Below, piece by piece: positions 11,103 to 25,321 of a DNA stretch of 64,000 nucleotides. The position numbers and the translations under genes are program-made. A model generated the notes under the pieces. It was not told the DNA's origin. It saw only the letters and a list, made by a program, of their open reading frames with translations, and did no database searches. This DNA comes from the human T2T-CHM13v2.0 reference genome, Homo sapiens. Each line of letters opens with the position of its first letter. Within the stretch, counting starts at the first letter, position 1. The stretch lies in the NCBI RefSeq assembly GCF_009914755.1, contig NC_060929.1; one strand, 5' to 3'.

Positions 11103-14100
11103 CACATTTTCTTTGTTTATTCATCCACTAGTGAAAACTTAGGTTGATTCCATATCTTGGCTGTTGTGAATAATGCAATGAACATGGTAGTGCAGATGTC
11201 TCTTTGACAACTGGTTTTAATTCCTTTGGATATACACTAAAGTGGGATTGCTGGGTTGTGGATCTTCCATAATATCTTCCATTATGGCCATGCTTGTTTA
11301 CATTCCTAGCAACGGTGGACAAAGATTCCCTTTTCTTCACATTCTTGCCAACGCTTGTTACTTTTTGTCTTCTTAGTAATAGCCATTCTAATAGGTGTGA
11401 GGTGATATCTCATTGTGATTTTAATTTGCATTTCTCTAATGATTAGTGATGTTGAGCATTTTTTCATATATTTGGCCATTTGTATGTCTTCTTTTGAGAA
11501 ATGTCTGCTCAGGTCTCTTTATAGGGTTATTTGCTTTCTTGCTATTGAATTGTTCGAGTTCCTTATGCATTCTGGATATTAACCCTTTATTAGCTGTAGG
11601 TTTGCAAATATATTCTCTCATTTTATAGGTTGTCTCTTCACTCTGCTCATTCCTTCCTTGGTTGTACAGAGGCTTTTTAGTTTGACGTACTCTTATTAGA
11701 CTATTTTGCTTTTGTTGCCTATGCTTTTGGCATCTTACTAAAAAAAATTTGCCCTGACAAATGTCATGGAGATTTTCTCCTATGTTTTCTTGAAATAGTT
11801 TTAATTTTAGGTCTTACATTTAAGTCTTTAATCTGGTTGCAGTTGATTTTTGTGTATAGTGTGATAAGCATGTCTCATTTCTTTCTTCTGCATGTGGATA
11901 TTCAGTTTTTCCAGCACCATTTATTGATAAGACTATCCTTTCCCCATTTTGTATTCTTCACATCTTTGTTGAAAATCAACTGACCAAATGTATTGATTTA
12001 TTTCGGGCGTTTCTCTCCTGTTTCATTGGTCTATGTGTCTGTTTTTATGTTAGTAACCATGTTGTTTTACTTACTATAGCTTTGTAGTAGATTTTCAAAT
12101 AAGGTAGTATGATGCCTCCAGTTTTGATCTTTTTTTGCTCCAGATTGCTTTGGCTATTAGGTTGATTTGTGGTTATCCAATACAAATTTTAGGATAGCTT
12201 TTATTATTTCTGTAAAAATGCCATTGGAATTTTGATAATGATTGCATTGAATATACAGATTACTTTGGGTAGTATGGACATTTGAACAATATTATTGCAA
12301 TCTATGAACCTGAGGTATCTTTCTTTCTATTTGTGTTTATTTCTTTCATCAGTGTTTAATGGTTTTCAATGTACTTATCTTTCATCTTTTTGGTTAAATG
12401 TATTCCTAAGTATTTTTTGTAGCTATTATAAATGGGATTGTTTGCTTGATTTCTTTTTCAGATAGTTTGTTGTTAGTGTATAGAAACATTACTGATTTTG
12501 TATGTTGATTTTGTGTCCTGCAACTTTACTGACTTAATTTATTAGTTCTAATAGTTTCTTTGTGGGAGTCTTTAGGGTTTTCTATATATAAAAGAAATGA
12601 GAGTTTTCTATACATAAAAGAAAAAATGAGTCAAAGTGAAAATATTAATTTATTTGAACTTGTATCACTGTTTTCAGATAAAAACTGTTAGTGACTGGTA
12701 TGGTTTTTTCAGCATATCCTGACATACAAAAAGCCAGACACACAAATGTCATCTGTAAACAGAGACAATTTAACTTCTTCACTATCAAGTATGATGTTAA
12801 CTATGAGCTTGTTGTATACGGCTTTGACAATCTTTTATTTGTCCATAGGCCTAGAGAGACACCTAGAAAGTTGTCTATTGAACATCAACGTTGATTTGAG
12901 AAACTGTGGTGATTTTCTAAATTCCCTGTTATAACTTGATTTATTCGTGAGCAGGCATCACTTTTACAAAAACAATGCATTCTTTATTTTTCAATTTGTT
13001 TATTGCTTTAAGTATGGTGATTGCAAAGAATTTGTGCTTAGACAAAATATCACCTAGAGAGTAATTTTGTTTTGTGTGTTTTAATCAGACATATTGGTGA
13101 ATAAGGAATCAACCCTTAGCTACTTTTAAAGTATAAGTAATTTGGATATTGGAAATGAACTCTCTGCTTTGAATCCAACTGAAGAGCAAGGTTTACCAAA
13201 TCTCTGCTCTCTCCATTAGTGGGAAGAATGACGAGGCAGCCCAGGGCATGTTCTTGGAAAGCAAATGATATGATTTCCCCATTTAGCCACAGTTGACTAA
13301 TTATGTTAATTGTAAGACTGCAGGAGAGCTGCAGGGAGTAAGCAACTCCCCTTCAGCATGAAGACTTAAATTTTACTCTAAGAACTAGTTTTAAGTTGCT
13401 AATCAGAGGCAAAGAATGAAATATTATAGTTATTTCTTTACCTATAATAGATATATTGCCAAGAGAAGAGAGAAAATTGGTTGGGTAGTCATGAGACTCG
13501 ATCCTAAGATTAAGTGAGAAGCCTTTCAACAAAAGACTGTAGAAACAGCACTTAAAACCAGAGTAAACTCAAATATTTGTAGTTGGTATACTTTCAGTGG
13601 GTGTGTCAATACTTTGAAAACTATTGTCCTCACTAATTGATAAATTGTACAATGTTTCTCATCATGCTCTGTTTTTTCTCTTGATGCTATCTTTTCCTTT
13701 CTCCAATTCAACTGATGTGGACTTTTTCTTGGCAAATGAGTCACAATAAAATTACTAATTTATTTGAACTGATTTCACTGTTCTTAAGATGAAAACGGCT
13801 AGTGTGTTGGTGTGATTTTCCAGCATATGCTGATATACACACAAAAAACCGTAATATTTTTGATGCTAGTGATTGTGAAGGAGAGTGGCATTTTGGGTTA
13901 GAACTTATGTCCTCCTGTTGTGTGGTTTTTTATTGTGGAGGCTCTCCTTGTTAGGATGACCACTGAATGCTTTTACTTTTCAAAGGCACTCTTTATGGTT
14001 TTAAATCACGAACTTATAAATAAGCAATTGCAACCTTTTACTAATATGGTTTTCTGCTGCTTTGCGTTGTAAAGGTAAACAATACTAGCTACATTATTTG

Positions 14101-15159
14101 TTAAAGTCTTTCACAGGCTATGCTAGAGACCTAACTAATACCTCTAACATTATCTTAGGAGGAAAATGGGCTTGAATTTCAAGTTCAAGTTTACAAATGA
14201 CAGTTTGGAACACAAATCTCTTTAAAACTGTGGATCATTTAAAAAAAAAAAGGTAGAGCTCTGTATTCAGTTTATACTGAACAGGTATTATGGGCACGGT
14301 ATATCAGGAGGAAACAAAATATCTACCCCGGGGGAGAATACAACCTGTTAAGGAACTTGTAATTTAATGAAAACATTAATAAGATATAACAATGTTATCT
14401 TATAATGTTTCGAGTGCTAAATGGGTTGTATCGAATATACATGTTATTAAAGGTCAGACTCATGAAATTATTCAACTGAGAGAATATACTGCAGTCTGTC
14501 CAGACTTGCCTTTCTTAAATTACTTGCCGTGTACTCTCTTGTATCAGGAAGGAACTGTACATGGAAAATGTTTAAAAATTATTTCCCTTACTGAAATTAT
14601 GAAGAGTCTTCCCATGGGAGTAAAAACATGAACTATAGATCTCACTTGCTTATGCTATTATAATTATATATTTTTACATATTGCATGTAATGAGTATTTA
14701 TTGATTTGTGGTGGGTGGAAAGGATACCTATGAACCCTTTTCTAACAACAGTTTGCAGAAGTCATTTGGAGCTGCATTATAACTTGTATTCAATATAAGT
14801 TTCACACAGTTATGAAGTACAAGAGGTCAGAGAATTACTCTGGTAAATTTTCTCCAGGAGAATGACACCTTGGTTCTTCTCTTTTTTCTTCCTCTGCTCT
14901 TCCAGGGAGTATATGACTTATGTTTTTACAGTAGGTCCATGTGACAATAAGGCATTTGTTATTTTGGATACTGGTAGGGCTGATTGTAGAAAACCTCAAA
15001 ATAGGTATCATGTATTCCCTCAATAGTTTCTTTTTAGAGTCCTCTTCATGCCTTTCAGTATCTTTCTTGTTAGCATTTTCCATTGTAAATATACAAGGGA
15101 AAGACATAGGCATCCAGGGCAAGCTCAGCTCTTCCATCTTTCCTAGAACTCAACCCTTT

Positions 15160-15985
15160 GGTAGTAATCAACATTCATTCTCCTTGCTTTCCTCTGTTTC
15201 AAGAGAGTCCTAATTTGGTTTAGGCATTTATCCTTGGCACATTGGCCATTTGGTTCAGGAGAGGGTGACCTACCCTCAGTCCCTGAGAGTAGATTCTGAT
15301 TGGTCTAACCAGTCATGGCAATTTCAGTTGCCTTGCCAATGACTGGTTCAGGTACTGCCTTGTGATATGTTTTGGGCCAAAGCTATGTGAATAAAAGTGT
15401 TCTATGGGCTTTTAGGAAAAGCTTCCTTGTTCTTACAAGAAGACACAAGAAAAATATGGCTTATATTCTGTCTAGAAATATTGTCATGCTTGCATGTGAC
15501 ACCTATGACCTGGAGTGGGTACAAAGGCTGGGCACAGAGCCAATACATGAATGAGAGGAAAGCCTAGAGAGTCACAGGAAGATAGAGGTATAGCAGGGGT
15601 TAGCAACTATTTTTCTGTAAAGGTCCAGATAATAAATATTTTGGGCTTTGTGGGCTATGTGATCTGTGTCACAACTACTCATCTCTCTTGTTGCAGCACA
15701 GAACAATACATAAATTAATGTCCTTGGCTGTGTATTACATAAACAATAAATTAATGAATGGTCTTGGCTGTGTTCCAATAAAATATTATTTACAAAGAAA
15801 AGTAGTAGGCCAGATTTGGCCTGCGGGTTGTAGTTTGCAGAGCTGCAAACCAGAACCCAGTTTGGTATGTGTCTAGAACTCCTCTGAATGTACACTTCTT
15901 GATATGTGAAAATTTAAATTGTCTAACTGATTAAGGCAGTTGCATCTGTGTTTTTTGCTACTTGAAGCCAAAGCATCCTTAGAAT
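15160..15985 (-). mobile_element. LTR16-family ERVL solo LTR, split by MER58A
   Basis: ctgattggtctaaccagtcatgg...ccttgccaatgactggttcagg...gggcttttaggaaaagcttccttg on the left. Resumes after the MER58A with tttgctacttgaagccaaagcatcct. Confidence 0.6.
15594..15843. mobile_element. MER58A hAT-Charlie DNA transposon
   Basis: caggggttagcaa...ttctgtaaaggtccagataataaatatttt...ggctgtgttccaataaaa...ggccagatttggcc...tagtttgc. Confidence 0.9.
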
Positions 15986-16211
15986 TATTATCTTGGGTAA
16001 GGGAATAAGACTTGTCTTCTCTGCTGTGGAGTAATTCCTGTATTGCAAAAGAAGCTTTCTGAAAACAATGTCATTGTCTTTGTTGTTTAACTGACTTTTG
16101 CTTCTGATGCCTGGAATCTAAGGCTTGATCAGAGGTGAGCAGAACCCTAAATTGGTAGAAGACTAACTAGTTATTCTAGGACGAATTAGCCCTTATGGAG
16201 AATCCTAAGTG

Positions 16212-16567
16212 TGATATGGCTTGGCTCTGTGACCCCACCCAAATCTCACCTTGAATTGTCATGATCCCCATGTGTCAAAGGTGGGACCAGGTGGAGATAA
16301 TTGAATCATGGGGATGGTTTCTCCCATGCTGTTCTCGTGAGAGTGAGTGAGTTCTCACAAGATCTGATGGTTTTATAAGGGGTTTCCCTCTTTGCTTGGC
16401 GCTCATTCTCTATCCGCCTGCCCTGTGAAGAGGTGCCTTCTACCACAATTGTAAGTTTCCTCAGGCCTCCCCAGCCATGTGGAACTGTAAGTCAATTAAA
16501 CCTCTCTTTTAATCAGTTACCCAGTCTCAGGTATTTCTTCATAACAGCCTGAGAATGGGTTAATACA
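16212..16567 (+). mobile_element. THE1C/THE1D MaLR solo LTR, full length
   Basis: TG...CA termini (tgatatgg...taataca), typical THE1 body, 5-bp flanks aagtg/aactg (TSD with 1 mismatch). Confidence 0.92.
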
Positions 16568-18942
16568 AACTGTCATTGTGTTAGAAGCTGCTCACCTTGC
16601 TCATACAGCCAGGCACAGTGTGTTTTACTGGTTGTGTACTCTGATTGGTGTTTTGATGACTACTGAGCACTCTAGACATGGATACTCCCATTATCTTCCC
16701 TCATTGAAAATCTGAACATGACAGCTTCGCCACTCCCCATTGGTGTGTCTCTTGTGAACTTGATAGGGCATTTGAAAAGTTAATGTAAATACTATTTAGA
16801 AACGGTGAAAAATGTTTCTGTGAAAGAGGAGAGTATTGATTCCTTGGGAAAGACATAATTAAGATCCTCTGTGATTAAGTCTTTCCTGGCTTGGTCACTT
16901 CTTGCTTCTAGCTTTGGTGTAAATCTTCATAATGTAACTATGAAGTTTGTAATTGAATTCTTCTGACCACTTTGGAGTATACCAGGAAGGTTTTAATTAC
17001 TTTTTATGGATTATGGTCTATATTTCCTCAGGGGCTGCCTCTTTTGAGTAATTCCAGGCTTTTGAATTACATGCTGTTATCCTTAAAATAGCAGTTATTC
17101 TAGGCTATTGTTATTTAATTGACTCTTCCTCTCTCTCCCCTTTTCATATTGTATTCTTAACTGAGTGTAGAATCTATTTGAGAACCATTGTGTAGGAGGT
17201 CCGAGTACTATTAATTATTTTGAAATAGAGGAAAGCAAAAGTAAGGAAAGGAGGTATATAAGAAAGAAAACTTAATGGTAAAGACAATGAAAGAAATCTG
17301 TTAGAACTTTCAAAACTCAAAAATGCCTAAGAAATCTAATAAAGTGAGACCCTGACCAACCAATCTTCAATCTTCCTTCTTGAGGTTACAACACACACAC
17401 CCCTCTGCACTCAGGGTGGGAGTCACACTCCTTCCCTCTTATTCTACTCCTCAGATCAGCTCCATTTGTCCTCCAGGTATTCAGTTAAATTGCCTTTCTC
17501 AGATACAGTGTATCTCAGATGATTAAAAATGGTGAAAAATGTTAGTGTCTGCTTGTATTATACCTACTAAGTAACATATCCTTCTATGAGAATGAAGATT
17601 TTACCATGCCATATCTTCTCTTCTTGCAAAATTAGAATCACAGTTACTGTAAGATCAGGAATGGCAACCAGAAGAGAAATTCCTTGAGAATCAATAGCTT
17701 ATCTTCCTATGGCCTTGTAGGAGTCCTAGCATGTACCTGAGTAGCGAAATTTAGAATTGTTTTTTCTTTTTCATGGATCTGAAGCTCAGTTTTTGTCTTC
17801 TCTACTTGTACCCACCCTGGAAACACTTAGATTTCTGAAATGACTAGGTAGAAGGGATAGTTGCAGTCTAGGGTATGAAAACAAGAATACAAAAACAAAA
17901 ACCAAACATTAAGTGTTATCCAATACTTGACCTCATCTTTAAATTCTCAGGGGAGTTTATTTGATAAATTAGAATTCAGTAAATTTGAATTTGGTCTGCT
18001 ATGAAAAGTGGAAAAGTAAAGAATAATGTTAAATATCAGACAGCAAGAAACGGCCTTGGCTGACTGCAACATTTTTTCTCTTCCAAAGTCTAGATGCTCC
18101 CTAGCTTATAGTGACACCAGGCAACAGCACCCCCCACTGTTTTTTTCTGTAGTTCTTTATTTTGGATTTTACTAGTTTTTGATGCCTCCAAGGCTAAGAA
18201 GTTTGAATTAATTGAATTAAACAAAAGAATGAAAATGTTTTAGTTCATTGGAATTTTTCGTTAGAAATCAAAATATAAATTTTGCCATTGGAAATGGTGG
18301 TTTTGTGAACAGTTTTGTTTTCCCTAAGCATATCCAGCCACTGGGTGTGGGGATGGGAGATGGGGAAGGAAATGATCATAGTCTAGGGGTTGTTTTTTCC
18401 CTAAAGTGAGATAATCTCTATTTGGTCAATAAAAAACAACTTTCAATTCACTCTCCCCACTTTATTCTTGATAAGCACAGATAAATTCAGAGTTAAAAAT
18501 TACTTGTCTATTATCTTTGGGAGGATTAAGTATAATACTTTTTTCATGTTTATTAAAATCTCATTTCAACACACTGTGGTGGGAGCTGAAGAAATATTTG
18601 TCAGCATAAGGAGGCTGGTCTTCTAAGACTTATTCCAGTTTTCCTTCCATTCCTGCATATCCCAATTCTCTGCTGTCTCTCTCACTAAACATGCCAGAAT
18701 TTAGGTACAGTGTATATTCTGAAAAGACTTAAGTATGTATTTTGTATGGCACTTGAGAATCTGATAAAACAGTTATGTTTTAATCCAAGACTGAGTTGAA
18801 ATTGTAAACACACGTATTATCAGTTCTCGGAGGGAAATGAATCTCCTGTCGTTGGAGATACTATTTTATTTTCTGATGTTCTTAATGTTCCTAAATGGAA
18901 CACTCAGATTAGAGTATAACATGATAAAAAGAGAATGGGAAC

Positions 18943-19400
18943 TGTAAGAAAACATTTTAAATGGTCCATTTTCAAGGCATGATAAATCTAAGCACTGGCA
19001 GCCAGCCTGTGGATGCAACAAGCCACACAGCTCCTGCTCCTAGAAAGTCACGATAAGCGAACAGAATGTAGACGAGGGGTCAGCCCATAAAAGAGAAGAA
19101 AGTTTCATTATTGGGAAATGAAAACTTCAGCAGAGAAGGGGACGGGGTATAATCTTATAAGGGGGATAATGAAGCTTAGGCGACATCCGAGAAGATTGTA
19201 ACCTTATAGTACTCAACCAATGAGGAAGTAGGAGAGGGACTTGAGTGCTAGGAGATAAATTACCTGCTGTAGCTGCCCTGGGTGTGCCTGCCTACCAGAC
19301 ACCCGATCTTGCAAGACCACTGTTAAAAGTCTCACTTTCGCTGTTCTTCGTACCTCTGAGTACGCCCTTTGGGTTTGGATGGGTGAACATGTTTCTCACA
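18943..19400 (+). mobile_element. ERV solo LTR (probably ERVL class, LTR32-like; family uncertain)
   Basis: 458 bp with inverted ends tgtaagaaa...tttctcaca and a perfect 5-bp TSD ggaac (18938-18942 / 19401-19405). Contains a CCAAT box and a poly(A)-signal-like gttaaaa. Confidence 0.85.
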
Positions 19401-19451
19401 GGAACCCTCAGAGGACAAAGATGATGAAAAGAGAATTGAGACCCGCCTTAG

Positions 19452-20250
<799 letters not shown>

Positions 20251-20269
20251 CCCTGATTGTAATTACTTT

Positions 20270-21036
20270 TTGCAATTTTTTTCAGATTTACTGAAATATA
20301 ATTGGCATATAATAAACTACAGATATTTAGAGTGTACAGTTTGAGGAGTTTTGAAACCATCACCACAATAAAAATAATAACCATATCCTTCATCCTCAGA
20401 TGTTTCCATGTACCCCTTTGTAATCTCTCCCTCCCCCTCCTCTCCACATACTTCCATTCCCAGGCAATTATTGATCTGGTTTTTAATAGATGGCTTGTGT
20501 TTTTTAGAATTTAATGTAAGTGGAGTGTTCTCTTTTTTTCTAAATTCTTTGACTCAGCGTAATTACTTCTTCCATTCTAATTAGGATTCCTTTGTTTCTC
20601 CATCTTGCTTTATCAATTTTGCTAGAATCTCTAGTACCATGTTAAATAGAAGGGACGAGAGAGAACATTTTTCCCTTGTTCTTGATGCCAATCTTTCAAC
20701 ATTAAATATAATGTAGCTGTTGGTTTTTGTAGCTGTCTTTAATCAGGCTGAAGAATTCTTTCTATTTTTAATTTGGAATTGTTTTCATATATCTTCTATT
20801 ATGTCATAAATCCTATAACACATTGTAATTGTTTTGGCCTTAATTATCTTTTAAAAAACATTTAAAAAGAATTTTAAAAAATTATTTCCAGTGTTATTCA
20901 TTACTTTTATATCCAGCTTTCCATCCGGTATTAATTTCCCTCATCCTGAAAGACTTCTTTTAACATTTCTTATACTATGGGGCTGCTGATTATAAATTCT
21001 TTCAGCTTTTCTATGTTATGAAAAAGTCTGTATTTT

Positions 21037-21076
<40 letters not shown>

Positions 21077-22385
21077 TTTTTTGAGATGGAGTCTCGCTCT
21101 GTTGCCAAGGCTGGAGTGCAGTGACGCGATCTCGGCTCACTGCAACCTCCACCTCCTGGGTTCAGGTCATTCTCCTGTCTCAGCCTCCTGAGTAGCTGGG
21201 CCTACAGGCACCCGCCACCACACCCGGCCAATTTTTTGTATTTTTAATAGAGATGGGGTTTCACCGGGTTAGCTAGGATGGTCTCGATCTCCTGACCTCA
21301 TGATCCGACCACCTCAGCCTCCCAAAGTGCTGAGATCACAGGCGTGAGCCACCGTGCCTGGCGAAAAAGTCTTTATTTTATCTTGGTTTTGGAAAAATAT
21401 TTTTTCTGGGTATAAAATTCCAGGGTGATAGTTTTTTTCTTTTCTTCCAGTCTTTTAAAAAATATTTCTCAATGCCTTCTGCCTTACATTATTTCCAAGG
21501 AGAATCCTGCTGTTACTCTGGTCTTTGTTCTTCAACTTTTATATCTTCAGTATGTAATGTGTAATTTTCCTCCTATGGCTGATTTTAAATTTTTCTATTT
21601 ATCACTGTTTTAAAACAAAGAGGATTATCATAAACTTCAGTGTTTTTTTACGCATGTTTCTTATGCTTGGGTCCATTTAACTCTGATTCTGTGGGTTTAT
21701 AGTTTATATCCACTTTGAAAAATTTTGTCCAGTATTTTTTCAAATACTTTTTCTGTCCATCCTCCCTTTCTTTTCTTCAGTGACTCCAATGCATGCATAT
21801 CAGGAAGGCTGAAGTTCTCCCACAGCTCACTATAGTCATTTCAATGGTGGGGGAGGGGTCACTATATTTATACTATGTTTTCAGGTTCACTGATAATTTT
21901 TCAATAGTGTCTAACCTTCTGTTACTCCTATCTAGTTTATTCTCCATCTCCAGCATTATTTTTTTTTGTTTTCATGGCTCTAGAGGTTTAGTTTAGGTAC
22001 TTAAAAAACTTTTATATCTATATTTAGCATGCTCAAGCATTCTTCTACTTCAGTATTTGGATATTTGGAATATAGCTACCACTTTTAATATACTTGTCAA
22101 CCAATTCTGTTACAGTTATCATCTCTGAGTCTGTTTCTGTTGATATTTTTTCCCTTCATTGTGGGTTATATCTTCCTTCTCTTATGCTAAAGCCTGGAAC
22201 TTCTCTCCATATGGGAATCTGGGCAGTAGGGCTCAGTTCATTTTGTTCTCCTCTCTCAGGAGTCACTGTCTGGCAATGCCTATTGTCAATTTCTGAAAAA
22301 CTTGTTTTATATTTTTTATCTAGGGTTTTTTTTTTGTTGTTTCAGGCAGAATGTTAAATCTGGTTCCTGTTATTCAATCTTGACC
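20270..22385 (-). mobile_element. Fragmented old L1 (L1MD/L1MC-type) pieces
   Basis: L1MD-like 3' end (tgaaatataattggcatataataaactac...accatcaccacaat), an ORF2 piece (ctagtaccatgttaaatagaa) and more 5' L1M-like T-rich sequence. Confidence 0.7.
21037..21362 (-). mobile_element. AluS (AluSc-like) with (TTTA)n tail
   Basis: Full Alu dimer with long TSD gaaaaagtct(g/t)tatttt at 21020-21036 and 21363-21379. Confidence 0.95.
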
Positions 22386-22449
22386 CAAAGTTTCTTCATA
22401 ATTTATTTTGTGTACTGTGGCTTGAATTATTGCTCTGAATCTGTTTTGA

Positions 22450-22830
22450 TTTTGTCATTGTCCTGCTTAAAAAATTTTGGTGATAACTCTTTACCTTCAA
22501 ACCAAAGTTCTAATCTTTAGTAGAGCATCTAAGGCCCTTTATGTTATGGCTCTTTCCACCCTAATTTTTGCCCATTAATTCTCCCCTTTCCCACCCACAC
22601 TACCTCCTACACACATAGGCACCTATAATCAAGTCATACTCAATTAGCCAGAATTCCTAAAATATACCACTCTATTGTTTTTATGATTTGTTTTTTCTTT
22701 ATCTATACTAGTTTCCCTCTCATGTTGATGAAATCTGACCTACTTTACAAGTCCACAAGTCCTACTTCAAATATAACCTCTTCTTAAAACCTTATGTGAC
22801 TTCTTCCCTCCCCTCTCCTATTCTCTTCCC
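22450..22830 (+). mobile_element. L2 3' fragment
   Basis: gtcattgtcctgcttaaaa...aaagttctaatctttag...taaggccctt...cttcaaatataacctcttc. Confidence 0.55.
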
Positions 22831-22899
22831 CCTATTGCCCCTGGAAAGATTGTAGCCTTCTCCTAGTTACTTCACCAGGACATTTCTGCTCCCTACAGA

Positions 22900-23100
22900 G
22901 CCAAAACTTGGAAAATGTATTCTGTAAAGTACCAGACAGCAAATATTTTAGATTCTGAGGGCCACTACATGTATTTGTTGCATATTCTTCTTCTTCTTCA
23001 TTTTTTTTTAATTTAAAAAAACCTTTTAAAATATAAAATTCCTTCTTAGCTTAGGGACCAAGCAAAAACATACTGCAGTTGGCTGCAGCTTTCTGATCTC
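22900..23100. mobile_element. MER58C-like hAT-Charlie fragment
   Basis: ttctgtaaagtaccagacagcaaatattttag...gttgcatattcttc...ttcttagctta. Confidence 0.65.
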
Positions 23101-23199
23101 ACCCTTAGAGGATAGAGATCATATTTCATTCTTCCACCCCGTAGAGTGCCTGTCCCGAGAGTGTGCTCAATAAGGATATGCAGTTATTTAATAATGAAC

Positions 23200-23375
23200 A
23201 TAAAATAATCCGTATTATTTGAGTGCTTAAAGTGTGATAGTGACTATTCTAAGAATGTAAAGTAGGTTATATCATTTGGTCTGCACAAAATCAGGTTATA
23301 CTGTTAGCACAATTTCATAGATGAGGCAGTTGAGGCATGGAGAAGTTGAGGGATTTGCCAAAGGTCACACAGCTA
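23200..23375 (-). mobile_element. MIR SINE
   Basis: atttgagtgctta...atagatgaggcagttgaggcatggaga...ttgccaaaggtcacacagcta. Confidence 0.75.
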
Positions 23376-25321
23376 AATCTCTTTAAGAAGTTGGAAAAGG
23401 AATGGGACTGGGACAGGAGGCAATTTTATATGTTTATCCTCTGTTGGGGTAGACTCCCAAAGAGGATAGAATGTCTCTGAGATCAACATACTCAACATCC
23501 CTGTCTCTGATGAAAAACAAATGTAGATAGACATGTAGCTACAGAGTCTTCGACGTAAAAATTGGATGAGCTTCAAGAATAATTAACACATCTGTTCCCT
23601 TTTATGTTTATCACACAGTTTAGAGAACATAGCAAAACTGAGTTTCTAAGAGGTTATGTATTATTACTTTTTAAAACATGAAAAGTCTTGAATATATTAC
23701 CATCTTCATATTTTTTTTCCTTAAAATCTAGATAAATCCTGTTCCTCTTTAAATATAATAATATCCTTCAAACAAAACACTTTGTCTAAACTAGTTTACT
23801 CCAAAAGCATATCTGGTTTTGAGTAAGAAGCTAAGGAAACATATCATTTGAAGCCACATACAAATGTTTTGTTTTTTTAAATTTTTTTGACAAAAAAGGA
23901 AAAGATAATCATCTTTGTGTTTTATAAACAATGTCACCTCATGGCTGACAGTTTTGTGACAGAATGAACTAATGTGAGTTGACATTGAAGATTTTGATGC
24001 TGCTTTTTGGAAATCCCAACAGACTAGACTCTTTAGCACAGTGGGATTGGAACTTCAATAATCAATCAAACCATCATCATGAACCAAAATACCCTCAAAG
24101 CAGCTGCAATTTACAATTAAGGGATAATGATCTTTATAGGAAAAATTACAAGGACATAAAAGGCACCTGCTGTCAAAATTAGGTTTGCAAAAAGCAGAAG
24201 CTGTTTCACTGCTGTAACTTTAAGCAATGATTATTATTAGGGCAATTTAAAGCAAATTAGTAGGTGTTTGGAATTCAAAAAACAATATATTTACATCAAG
24301 AGCAGTATTGTGAAGACAGTTAATTTTTCCTGCTGGGAATTAAATGTGTTTTATCAAATGGCAACTGTGCCCTTTCCTGCATTGAATTCCACCAGCTGGA
24401 ATGCAGATGCAAGAGAGCAACTCAGAACAGGAGCATTGAATCTAAGGTGCCCAACAAAGGCCTATTCTTTAAAAATAGAGAAATAACTGGCATTTTGTTT
24501 CAGTTTCTAGATATTAATATCTTTGACTTTTAGTCACTGACATTTTTCCTTTCCCCAGAATTTCCTGTTGCTTATGTTATTGTATTCCTAGGCATCGTTA
24601 CTGACAGCCAAGTAAACAAAAAGCAATGAAATAAATGAAAGAGAAAATGATGTGGTAGCAGCATAAATATGGACTGCAGATAGGTTGTCACTTGGTGGGC
24701 ATTGCCTATTCTCACAACTATCATGGTTACCTCTGAGAATTAAGGAAAATTAGAATTGTAGATGTAGAGCATCATTCCTTCAAAATAGGCACTTTCAATG
24801 TGTTCTTCACTGAGGACACATTGTTCCTAATCACTGGTTCAACTCAAGTTGGGTCTTGTGGTCGAAAACTGGAGAGGACTGTGTCTCTGTTGCTGACATA
24901 GTCAAGGGACTGGTTGAGAGAAACGTGGGAGGGGTTTGCTACTGAGTCCGTGTCCTCGGCTTACCTGGCATAAAGCCACACAAAGGATAAAATTAGCCAT
25001 CACACGATGGGGATGAGGTAGAAACTCTTTTCCCTTATTAAATTAAAAAAAGAATTTCTCACATATTTCACCTGGGGAGCAACAGCACAATCAATGGCAG
25101 GTGGGGCTGAGAGGAATGGCTATTTGATTGGTGGACTTGTTCATTTGGTAACGCATTTCTAAAGAGTTGAGCAAATGCTGTAGGTAAGCTGGGCATATTT
25201 ATTTTACTTGTTACATATTTTATTTATCAACTTATTATTTTTTATTACATATACAACCAGTGACTCCCTGAGAGGATTATTAACCAGTGGCCAAGTTATG
25301 TCAATCTTATTTCTGCAGGAG

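Larger units (their letters stand above)
10515..12828 (-). mobile_element. L1MA (approx. L1MA6/7) 3' UTR plus ORF2 3' end, 5'-truncated
   Basis: Antisense L1MA 3' UTR (aacatatgcattacctcacatactt, caatagatctcttgaacttatt) followed by ORF2 (ggtgtgaggtgatatctcattg, gatgcctccag, ccattggaattttgata). Interrupted by a non-L1 insert at ~12593-12745. Confidence 0.9.
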
